DNA from: an uncultured bacterium
GTDB taxonomy: Bacteria; Krumholzibacteriota; Krumholzibacteriia; LZORAL124-64-63
Length of the DNA: 64,000 nucleotides
Assembly: GCA_963727525.1 (NCBI GenBank)
Contig: CAVSGO010000007.1
Span: 1,280,001 to 1,344,000 of the forward strand
Reading direction: 5' to 3'
Each line of letters opens with the position of its first letter. Position 1 is the stretch's first letter. The translations under genes and the position numbers were made by a program. Below, piece by piece: positions 1 to 7,760 of the stretch. The notes beneath the pieces are model-generated. The model was not told where the DNA came from. It saw only the letters and a list, made by a program, of their open reading frames with translations, and did no database searches.

Positions 1-52
1 ACTGACCCATGCCGGCTTCACCGGCACCGATGGCAACTGACCACCGGCCAGC

Positions 53-82
53 AAGATAGCACGAGCGCGAGGGGGGAGGCAA
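53..82 (-). promoter_or_regulatory. sigma70-like promoter for the gene beyond the window's left edge (often recA after thpR)
   Basis: Minus strand TTGCCT-N18-TATCTT with TG extended -10 and AT-rich upstream tract. Confidence 0.45.
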
Positions 83-103
83 GGCTTTTGCTAAATTTTC
101 GCC

Positions 104-673
104 TCACGCCACCGGAGGCGGGCCCAGAGGGAACACGGCGACGTCCGCGTACCGTGCCCCGGAGGGCCGCAGTGTGCTGCGCACGAGGCGGACCTCGGCG
201 ACCGGTTGCGGCGGCCACGTGCCGGGATCGATCCCGGCGAGAGCAGCCGACGCCTCGGCTTCGAGCGGCGCCTTGAACCGCGCGAGCGTCAGGTGCGGAC
301 GGAAGACCTTGCGGTCCTGCGGCCCCTCGGGCCAGGTCGCCTCCACCCTCGCGCGCACCGCCGTGGCAAGGCCGGCCAGCGCCTCGCCCCCGTCCATCTG
401 CAAGAAGAGCACCCGCGGCGTCCGCAGGTTCGGAAATGCACCCAGTTCGCCCGGCCGCAGGAGGAAGCCCGGATGCCGCGGCGCTTCGTCGGACAGGGCA
501 AGCGCCAGGGATTCCGCCCGCTCGGCGGGCCACTCGCCCAGGAACGCGAGCGTGAGGTGCCACGTTTCCCGCCTGGTCCAGGCCGCGGGCACACGGGGCC
601 GCCACCTGTCGAGCCACGTGTCCAGGTCGTGCGTGAACCGTTCCGTGGGGTTGACGGCGACGAAGAGCCTCAC
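104..673 (-). CDS. thpR: RNA 2',3'-cyclic phosphodiesterase (2H phosphoesterase)
   Basis: MRLFVA start; two HxT motifs (HLTLAFLG, FRPHLTLAR); follows cinA with 4-nt overlap. Confidence 0.93.
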   Translation of the reverse strand: MRLFVAVNPTERFTHDLDTWLDRWRPRVPAAWTRRETWHLTLAFLGEWPAERAESLALALSDEAPRHPGFLLRPGELGAFPNLRTPRVLFLQMDGGEALAGLATAVRARVEATWPEGPQDRKVFRPHLTLARFKAPLEAEASAALAGIDPGTWPPQPVAEVRLVRSTLRPSGARYADVAVFPLGPPPVA

Positions 674-1941
674 GCCAGCACGCCCCAGCTCAGCCGCGAC
701 GGCGCGAAGACAGGTACGCCGTCGAGCGCGCGCCGCAGGGTATCGAGGGCCGCCGCGACGGCGAGGCCGCGGTTGCGCTCGCGCGTCGCCGGGAAACGGT
801 AACGTCCCACGAGCACGTCCGCGGGCGTGGCCAGCGCGATCCAGGTTGTACCCACCGGCTTATCGGCGGAGCCGCCTTCAGGCCCCGCGATGCCGGTGAT
901 CGCGAGCGCATAGTCGGTGCCCAGACGAGCGCGCGCCCCCACCGCCATCGCCCCGGCCACTTCGCGACTCACGGCTCCGTGGGTCGCGAGCATCGCGGCC
1001 GGCACGCCGAGCAGGTCCTGCTTGGCACTGTCGGCATAAGTGATCAGACCGCCGCGGAAGGCGTGCGAGCTGCCGGGCTCCTCGGTCAGCGCACCTCCGA
1101 GCAGCCCCCCGGTGCACGACTCGGCCACGGCCACCGTGGCACCGCGCGCCACGAGACGGTCGAGCACCACCCGCGGTAGGCTCACGGCATCCTCGGCGAA
1201 GACGCGGTCGCCGAGGATCGGCGCCAGTGCGGTCACCGCTGCCGCGAGCGCGATCTCCTGCCCGGGTGCAGCCGCCACGCGCACGTCCACGCCCCAGGGT
1301 CCGATCCACCACGACCAGGTGAGGCCCGGATGGGCACTACGCACCGGCTCGCACTCGCGCGCCAGGGCCAGCTCCGCCACCTGGGCCACCCGCCAGAGCC
1401 GCATCACCCGCGCCGCCGGCAGCACGCCGTGCGCGTGCAGGTGGGCGCGCACCAGGGGCAGCAGGCCGTCCAGTTCCGCGGGCACGCCGGGCAACAGCGC
1501 GACCCAGCGGTCGCGCAGCCGCCCGATCAGACCCGGCGCCGACCCCACCGGGTTGCCGAGGGGCGTCAGCCCGCGTGGCACCTGCGCCTGCTTCAACGTG
1601 TCGGGATACGCGGTGATGCCACGCGCCGCGAGACGCGCGATGAGAGCGTCGGCGGTGGTCGCGTCGGTCTCGAGGGGCACGCCGGCCCAGGCCGCCACCG
1701 CCTCGCGCGTGAGGTCGTCGGCCGTGGAACCGAGTCCGCCGGAAAGCATGACCACCGCATCGGGCGAGGTGCGATCCAGCGCCGCGACGATCGCCGCCTG
1801 CGCGTCGGGCACGACCTGGACATCGCGCACGGCGACGGCATGCTGGCCGAACGCGCGCTGCACGCGGGTGGAGTTGGTGTCGCTCGTGCGCCCTTCGAGC
1901 AGCTCGTCCCCCACCGCGATGAGATGCATACCGACCGCCAT
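670..1941 (-). CDS. cinA: CinA family protein (MoCF domain + nicotinamide-nucleotide amidase)
   Basis: VGDELLEG..DTN, GGLG.T.DDLT, VAESCTGG, AITGIAGP motifs. Confidence 0.93.
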   Translation of the reverse strand: MAVGMHLIAVGDELLEGRTSDTNSTRVQRAFGQHAVAVRDVQVVPDAQAAIVAALDRTSPDAVVMLSGGLGSTADDLTREAVAAWAGVPLETDATTADALIARLAARGITAYPDTLKQAQVPRGLTPLGNPVGSAPGLIGRLRDRWVALLPGVPAELDGLLPLVRAHLHAHGVLPAARVMRLWRVAQVAELALARECEPVRSAHPGLTWSWWIGPWGVDVRVAAAPGQEIALAAAVTALAPILGDRVFAEDAVSLPRVVLDRLVARGATVAVAESCTGGLLGGALTEEPGSSHAFRGGLITYADSAKQDLLGVPAAMLATHGAVSREVAGAMAVGARARLGTDYALAITGIAGPEGGSADKPVGTTWIALATPADVLVGRYRFPATRERNRGLAVAAALDTLRRALDGVPVFAPSRLSWGVLA

Positions 1942-1943
1942 GG

Positions 1944-2420
1944 TCACACCCCCCATCCCAGCAGTCGCACGGTGACGTGCGTGGCGATGCATGCCAGCAC
2001 GCCGGCCCCGAGATCGTCAGCCATGATGCCGATGCCACCGCCGCCGCCGAGCTGTTCGAGCCGGCGCACGCCGAACGGCTTGGCGATGTCGAAGACGCGA
2101 AACCAGACGAGGCCCACGAGCCAGCCCCCGAGGTTGGTGGCCACCGCGAGGTAGGTCACGAGCATGCCCGCCACCTCGTCGATGACACAAAGGTGCGGAT
2201 CCTCCCCATGCTCGCGCTCGAGCGCCGAGGCGATCGGGATGCCCACCGCCGTCACCACCACGATGAGCGCGCCCTGGAGCCACAACGGCACCGGCCCCAG
2301 CCATCGCCACGCCGCGGCCCACAGTACGGTGACGACGAGACTCCCCGCCGTCGCCGGCGCCACGGGCGCATACCCGGCGCCCCCCACCGTCCCCAGCGCA
2401 TGCACCATGAACCGTCGCAT
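1944..2420 (-). CDS. pgpA: phosphatidylglycerophosphatase A
   Basis: APATAGS, DP..VIDEVAG, FRVFDIAKP, GIMADD motifs; start trimmed to MRRF. Confidence 0.92.
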   Translation of the reverse strand: MRRFMVHALGTVGGAGYAPVAPATAGSLVVTVLWAAAWRWLGPVPLWLQGALIVVVTAVGIPIASALEREHGEDPHLCVIDEVAGMLVTYLAVATNLGGWLVGLVWFRVFDIAKPFGVRRLEQLGGGGGIGIMADDLGAGVLACIATHVTVRLLGWGV

Positions 2421-2465
2421 CGGAGATCTCTTTCGGATAGGCGCCGCAACTCGAATCCGGCGGGC

Positions 2466-2494
2466 AAGATACCGTGGACGCGGGGAGCGGTCAA
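2466..2494 (-). promoter_or_regulatory. sigma70 promoter of pgpA-cinA-thpR
   Basis: TTGACC-N17-TATCTT on minus strand. Confidence 0.7.
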
Positions 2495-2507
2495 ATCCAT
2501 GGTGCGG

Positions 2508-2594
2508 GTGAGAGGGGGTGTGTCGAGGGGCGGGCCGCATGTCCTCGCAGGGCCTGCGGAGTTGCGGCCCGCCCCTCGACACACCCCCTCTCAC
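2508..2594. repeat. long hairpin A: perfect 32-bp inverted repeat with 23-nt loop
   Basis: GTGAGAGGGGGTGTGTCGAGGGGCGGGCCGCA (2508-2539) and its exact reverse complement (2563-2594). Confidence 0.9.
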
Positions 2595-2690
2595 GCGACA
2601 TCGCACGACCGCTACCGCGACCACGGTGATCTCGAGAGCTGGCGGGGACGGACGCGGGTGTGACCCCCCGGGTTCCCTCACCCTCGACGC

Positions 2691-2775
2691 GCCGGGGTGT
2701 GACACACGAATGCCCGCTGAAAATCCGCAGGCTCTGCGAGGACATTCAGCGGGCATTCGTGTGTCACACCCCGGC
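2691..2775. repeat. long hairpin B: perfect 31-bp inverted repeat with 23-nt loop
   Basis: GCCGGGGTGTGACACACGAATGCCCGCTGAA (2691-2721) and its exact reverse complement (2745-2775). Confidence 0.9.
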
Positions 2776-2793
2776 ACCGCCGAGGCTGGGGAA

Positions 2794-3390
2794 CTAGACG
2801 CCTGCGGGCTGCGCCTGCAACTGCCGCAGCACCTGCTTGGCCACGCATTTCAGCGTGTCGAAGACGCCGACGCCCTTGAAGGCGACACCTTCGAAAAACT
2901 CATAGCCCTCGGGATTGAGCTCCTCGTTGAGCTCGGCCACCGGCAGCGCGTCGGGGACGTCGCGCTTGTTGAACTGGATCACGAAGGGCAGCTTGTCGAG
3001 GGCGAGGTTGTATTCCTTGAGGTTCTCGTGCAGGTTGAAGAGCGACTCGACGTTCGCGTCGAAACGCGCCTCGCTGCTGTCGGACACGAAGACCACGCCG
3101 TCGCAGCCGCGCAGGATGAGCTTGCGGCTGGCATTGTAATAGACCTGGCCAGGCACCGTGTAGAGATGGAAACGCGTCTTGAAGCCCTTCACCTCACCCA
3201 GCTCGAGCGGGAGAAAGTCGAAGAACAGTGTGCGGTCCATCTCGGTGGCCAGGCTGACCAGCTTGCCCTTCGTCTCGGGCGCGAGCTTGTCGTAGATATA
3301 CTGGATGTTCGTGGTCTTCCCGCCGAGACCAGGACCGTAGTAAACGATCTTGCAGTTGATCTCACGCGAAGAGTAGTTGATCAGCGACAC
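2794..3390 (-). CDS. mglA: MglA small Ras-like GTPase
   Basis: SLINYSSREINCKIVYYGPGLGGKTT, DRTLFFDF, YTVPGQ, NKRD; GTG start. Confidence 0.95.
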   Translation of the reverse strand: MSLINYSSREINCKIVYYGPGLGGKTTNIQYIYDKLAPETKGKLVSLATEMDRTLFFDFLPLELGEVKGFKTRFHLYTVPGQVYYNASRKLILRGCDGVVFVSDSSEARFDANVESLFNLHENLKEYNLALDKLPFVIQFNKRDVPDALPVAELNEELNPEGYEFFEGVAFKGVGVFDTLKCVAKQVLRQLQAQPAGV

Positions 3391-3429
3391 GTCCGAACCC
3401 CTTCCCTGCACCCGCCCCGCCAGGGCGGC

Positions 3430-3927
3430 TCAGTCCACGAACAGATTGTCGATCTCGGCCTCGACACCTTCGGAGAATTCCTTGTCGAAGGTATCGTACT
3501 CCTCGTTGCGGTACTTCAGCTTCCCGTAGAGACCATCGATCACCACGTTCAATTCCTCGACGGCCTTCTTCATGCGCAGGCGCACCAGCCCCAGCGTGGT
3601 CCGTTTGTCGTAGATCACGGCCAGCACGACGCCCCGGGCGATCTTGCCCAGGTACATACTGTCGTTGACGCCCTGGTGATAGAGCGAGCTGAAATCCTCC
3701 TCGCCGATGAGCTTGGCCAGCTGGAAGTTGGCCTCGAAATCGGCGGCGCACAGCGACGCGAAGCTGGTGATGTCGAACTGGGGCGTCTCACCGGTCTGCG
3801 CGATCATCTGGCCCGTGCGGTCGATCAACAGCACGTGCTTGGCGTCGCTGCTCTGCACGAGGGCGTCGAGCGCGTTGGTGATCGCCCAGTAGTCCTCTTC
3901 GAAGATCGCCCATTCGGCTCGTACCAT
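3430..3927 (-). CDS. mglB: MglB roadblock/LC7 protein (GAP of MglA)
   Basis: LAKLIGEEDFSSLYHQG, TTLGLVRLR; directly upstream of mglA. Confidence 0.92.
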   Translation of the reverse strand: MVRAEWAIFEEDYWAITNALDALVQSSDAKHVLLIDRTGQMIAQTGETPQFDITSFASLCAADFEANFQLAKLIGEEDFSSLYHQGVNDSMYLGKIARGVVLAVIYDKRTTLGLVRLRMKKAVEELNVVIDGLYGKLKYRNEEYDTFDKEFSEGVEAEIDNLFVD

Positions 3928-4023
3928 GGAAGCGACTCCCGGCCCTGACGGCCCGCAATTGTGGATCCAGCGTGACTCCGGGTAAGGATATCGGCAGATG
4001 ACCTGACCGCTTGAGACCCGAAG

Positions 4024-4650
4024 TCACACCGATTGACGGTGGTGGAAGGCGCGCTGGAGCGTGGCCTCGTCAGTATAGGCCAGGGCGCCGCCCACCGGGA
4101 TCCCGGTAGCCAGGCGGCTGAGCTTCAGTTCCTGATCCTCGAGCAGGCGCTGGAGATACAGCGCCGTTGTCTCCCCCTCGACGCTGGTGTCCAGGGCCAG
4201 GATCACCTCGCGCACACCGTCGTCCGCCACCCGCTGGCGAAGGCGGCCGAATGGCAGGTCCTCCGCCCGCACGCCATCGAGGGGCGACAGCAACCCACCC
4301 AGAACGAAGTATCGGCCACGGAAGAAGGCGGCCTTCTCGAAGGGCAGGATGTCCACGGGCGACGACACCACGCATAGCAAGGCGCCGTCGCGCGCGGGCG
4401 AGGTGCAGATGGGGCAGGGATCCGCCTCGGTGATCGCACCGCAGCGACAGCAGCTGCGTACCTGCTGGCCGGCCGAGTCGACGGCTGCCACGAGTTGCCG
4501 CGCCGTCTCGCTGTCCTGCACGAGTTGCAGAGCGATGCGTGTCGCCGACTTGCGTCCCAGGCCGGGCAGGCTCTGCAGGCATCGTACCAGGCTCTCGAGA
4601 GCCGGCGACTGGAATTCGCCGCCATCGCGCTGGGCCCCACCGGTGGCCAT
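4024..4650 (-). CDS. recR: recombination mediator RecR
   Basis: LPGLGRKSA HhH, C4 zinc finger, Toprim EGETTA, LSRLATGIPVGG. Confidence 0.95.
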   Translation of the reverse strand: MATGGAQRDGGEFQSPALESLVRCLQSLPGLGRKSATRIALQLVQDSETARQLVAAVDSAGQQVRSCCRCGAITEADPCPICTSPARDGALLCVVSSPVDILPFEKAAFFRGRYFVLGGLLSPLDGVRAEDLPFGRLRQRVADDGVREVILALDTSVEGETTALYLQRLLEDQELKLSRLATGIPVGGALAYTDEATLQRAFHHRQSV

Positions 4651-4652
4651 GG

Positions 4653-4958
4653 CTACATGCCCGGAATGTTGAGACCGCCCGTGACCTGGCCCATCTCGGT
4701 CTGCGTCAGGGCATCCACCTTGCGCACGGCCTCGTTCATGGCCGAGACCACGAGGTCCTGCAGGAACTCGATGTCCCCGGGGTCGACGACCTGAGGCTGC
4801 AGTTCCACGCTCACGACCTCGTGCTTGCCGTTCATCGTCACCTTGACCTGGCCGCCACCGACCTCGGCCGTGACCGTCTTCCCAGCCAGCTCTTCCTGGA
4901 CCTTCGCCATCTTGGCCTGCATCTGCTGGGCCTGCTTCATCAGGGCACGGATATCCAT
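4653..4958 (-). CDS. ybaB: YbaB/EbfC nucleoid-associated protein
   Basis: LMKQAQQMQ, GGGQVKV, LQDLVVSAMNEA; dnaX-ybaB-recR synteny. Confidence 0.95.
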   Translation of the reverse strand: MDIRALMKQAQQMQAKMAKVQEELAGKTVTAEVGGGQVKVTMNGKHEVVSVELQPQVVDPGDIEFLQDLVVSAMNEAVRKVDALTQTEMGQVTGGLNIPGM

Positions 4959-4993
4959 CTTTCCTCCTGCCGGCGCGTGTCAGGCGCGCGGGT

Positions 4994-6658
4994 TCATGTC
5001 TCGTCGCCGTGCTCGGACCAGTGGTCGCGTTCGCTCTCGGGCAGAGGCTCACCCTTCAGCAGGTCGACGAGAGCTCCGAGCTCACCATCTCGACGACACT
5101 CGTCGGCCAGTTCCTCGCGCGCCGTGGGCGCCACCTGGCGACGGATCGTCTCCTGCACCTTCTCCTGCTGCCGCACCTCCGCCCCGGCTGCTTCGAGCGA
5201 GAGCGAGACCTTGCGGCCGAGAAACGCGCCCAGCCGCTCCTCGAGGAGCGGGCGCTCGGCCTCGAGGTTCTTCATCACGAAAGCCTTGTCCGGCGCGAAA
5301 GCCACGGCCACGCGCCCCGTCGGCGCATCGAGGGAGGGCAGGCCCTCCATGAGGCAGGCGGCGATGCGCGGATGCGTGCGCATGAGTCCGTCGATGAACG
5401 CCGTCCACGCGCTCAGTGTGGCCGCGCCTCCGGCGGCGCTCGGTCCGGGCTTACCCGCCCGACGTGGCGCCGGGGCCGCCGACCGCCGTTCCAGCATTCC
5501 ACCCGAGTCCGCACCACCGACCACGCCCAGGGCCTGCATCCGCGCGACGAGATCGCTCAGTTCCACGCGCGAGTCCCAGAGCGCGAATTCCACCACGGCG
5601 GCCTCGAGGAGCAGGCGCGGCTGGGTGCTACGATGGATGCGATCGAAATGGACCGCCGCCCGATCGAGCATGGCGAGCAGGTCGGCCAGGGCGAAATGCT
5701 CGGCCTGCGCCTGGAGCCTGGCCACGGTATCGGCCGGATGATCCACGGCACTGGCGAGCTGCGGATCGGTGCGCAGAAGCAGGAGATCACGGAAGTCGGC
5801 GATCATGCCCTGCGCGAAGACGTCGAGGTCCTGGCCCGCCTGCGCGAGCCCATCCACAAGGCGCAATGCGCGCGCTGCGTCGCGCGTGACGAGAGCCTCG
5901 TTCAGTTCCAGGTAGAGCTCCGACCGCACGAGGCCGAACAGGGTGACGAGCGCCGCCTCGTCGATCGTCTCACCGCTGCTGGCGATGGCCTGGTCGAGCA
6001 GGCTGAGGCCGTCGCGCACGCTGCCCTCGGCCAGAGACACGAGCACGCGCAGGCCACTGTCTTCGAGCACCACCCCCTCGGCTGCGGCCACCTCGCGCAG
6101 GCGTGCACCCAGTTCCTGACGGCCGATCAACCGGAAGTCGAAGCGTTGGCAACGTGAAAGGATCGTACGTGGGATCTTGTTGGGCTCGGTGGTCGCGAAG
6201 AAGAAGAAGACGCGCGCCGGCGGCTCCTCGAGGATCTTCAGGAGCGCGTTGAACGCGCCCTTGGACAGCATGTGCACCTCGTCGATGATGAACACACGGC
6301 TGCCGCCCTCGCCCGGCGTGTACTGCGCCATGTCGCGCAGTTCGCGCACGTTGTCCACGCCGGTGTTCGACGCGGCGTCGATCTCCAGGACATCGAGATA
6401 GCCCCCCCGCGCGATGGCCAGGCAGGTCTCGCACGCGCCGCAGGGATCGCCATCGCTCACGTGGCGGCAGTTGAGGGCCTTGGCAAGGAGTCTGGCCACG
6501 GTGGTCTTGCCGCAGCCGCGCGGACCGCTGAACAGGTACGCGTGGCTCAGCTTGCCCTTGCGCATCGCGGCGCGCAGCGTGCCGGTGACGTGGTCCTGGC
6601 CCACGACCTGCGAAAAGGTCTCGGGCCGGTACTTGCGGGCGAGTGCGCGATAGGACAT
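4994..6658 (-). CDS. dnaX: DNA polymerase III subunit gamma/tau
   Basis: YRALARKYRP, GPRGCGKTT, EIDAASN, IIDEVHMLS, SRCQ. Confidence 0.97.
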   Translation of the reverse strand: MSYRALARKYRPETFSQVVGQDHVTGTLRAAMRKGKLSHAYLFSGPRGCGKTTVARLLAKALNCRHVSDGDPCGACETCLAIARGGYLDVLEIDAASNTGVDNVRELRDMAQYTPGEGGSRVFIIDEVHMLSKGAFNALLKILEEPPARVFFFFATTEPNKIPRTILSRCQRFDFRLIGRQELGARLREVAAAEGVVLEDSGLRVLVSLAEGSVRDGLSLLDQAIASSGETIDEAALVTLFGLVRSELYLELNEALVTRDAARALRLVDGLAQAGQDLDVFAQGMIADFRDLLLLRTDPQLASAVDHPADTVARLQAQAEHFALADLLAMLDRAAVHFDRIHRSTQPRLLLEAAVVEFALWDSRVELSDLVARMQALGVVGGADSGGMLERRSAAPAPRRAGKPGPSAAGGAATLSAWTAFIDGLMRTHPRIAACLMEGLPSLDAPTGRVAVAFAPDKAFVMKNLEAERPLLEERLGAFLGRKVSLSLEAAGAEVRQQEKVQETIRRQVAPTAREELADECRRDGELGALVDLLKGEPLPESERDHWSEHGDET

Positions 6659-6707
6659 GCGGTGTAGCTCCCCAGCGGGAAGGGCAGACCGGAGCCGGGA
6701 GCAAAAA

Positions 6708-6811
6708 GGGAGGGCCAGGCTTACGACGCACACGCCGGAGGAAGCGTACCGTTGCTGCCTTCCGGCCCTGGCGGGATTGGCGCTCCGTCGTCACGCCGGG
6801 CCTGGCCCATC
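6708..6811 (-). ncRNA. ffs: signal recognition particle RNA (4.5S, small type)
   Basis: Minus strand CCAGGGCCGGAAGGCAGCA helix-8 motif within a long hairpin closed by GGGCCAGGC/GCCTGGCCC; upstream of dnaX. Confidence 0.9.
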
Positions 6812-6828
6812 GGCGTCCCTGAACTCGG

Positions 6829-6905
6829 TGGTGGAGATGATGGGGCTCGAACCCACGACCTCCTCGTTGCGAACGAGGCGCTCTCCCAAGCTGAGCTACA
6901 TCCCC
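6829..6905 (-). tRNA. tRNA-Ala(CGC)
   Basis: GGGGATGTAGCTCAG..., anticodon arm CCTCG-TTCGCAA-CGAGG, GTTCGA, encoded CCA. Confidence 0.95.
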
Positions 6906-6926
6906 ACCGATGGCGAATGTGTTCGT

Positions 6927-6955
6927 AATCTAGCACCGGTCGCCACGAACGTCCA
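6927..6955 (-). promoter_or_regulatory. sigma70-like promoter for tRNA-Ala/ffs/dnaX
   Basis: TGGACG-N17-TAGATT with TG extension. Confidence 0.55.
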
Positions 6956-7003
6956 AATTTCAATGACGCCCGGATCCCTGAGCGGCTTCCGACGGGATTT
7001 TCG

Positions 7004-7093
7004 TGGCGGAGAGGCAGGGATTCGAACCCTGGGAACCCTTGCGGGTTCAACGGTTTTCGAGACCGTCCCGTTCAACCGCTCCGGCACCTCTCC
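7004..7093 (-). tRNA. tRNA-Ser(CGA)
   Basis: GGAGAGGTG..., anticodon arm ACGGT-CTCGAAA-ACCGT, long variable arm, GCCA end. Confidence 0.95.
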
Positions 7094-7117
7094 GCAATCT
7101 GGGCGCTGCTGACAAGA

Positions 7118-7205
<88 letters not shown>

Positions 7206-7222
7206 GCCGCAGCGGACGCGGC

Positions 7223-7251
7223 AATATAACATTGACCCCCACGAAAATCAA
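7223..7251 (-). promoter_or_regulatory. sigma70 promoter of tRNA-Ser pair
   Basis: TTGATT-N17-TATATT with TG extension. Confidence 0.7.
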
Positions 7252-7280
7252 CACGACCACAACGACCTGGCAACCGCCCC

Positions 7281-7760
7281 TCAAACGCGGCGCCGACGGA
7301 AGAAATCCGTCAGCAACGCGCCCGCCGCTTCGGCGCCGATCGCCCCCACAACCTCCACCGCGTGCCGGTAGGGATGCCCCTGCAGGAGCCGGGACGTCGA
7401 GACCACGGCGCCGGCCCGGGGGTCGGGAGCGGCAAAGACCAGGGTGGTGATGCGGCTCAGCAGGATCGCGCCGCAGCACATGGTGCACGGCTCGAGGGTG
7501 ACATACAGGGTGGCGCCGTCCAACCGCCAGTCGCCCGCCGCGCTCGCCGCCGCGCCGATGGCGAGGATCTCTGCGTGCGCCGTGACATCGCACAGTCCCT
7601 CCACCTGATTGCGGCCGCGGCCCAGCACGCGTCCTTCGCGCACCACCACGGCACCGACGGGCACCTCCCCCGCCTCCGCCGCGGCGACGGCCTCGCGCAT
7701 CGCCTCGGCCATCCAGCGTTCGTGGCTGCGGAAGCTGGCGAGCAACTCGTCGTCCGTCAC
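7281..7760 (-). CDS. tadA: tRNA adenosine(34) deaminase
   Basis: GEVPVGAV, HAE, TLEPCTMC; GTG start overlapping upstream stop (GTGA). Confidence 0.92.
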   Translation of the reverse strand: MTDDELLASFRSHERWMAEAMREAVAAAEAGEVPVGAVVVREGRVLGRGRNQVEGLCDVTAHAEILAIGAAASAAGDWRLDGATLYVTLEPCTMCCGAILLSRITTLVFAAPDPRAGAVVSTSRLLQGHPYRHAVEVVGAIGAEAAGALLTDFFRRRRV

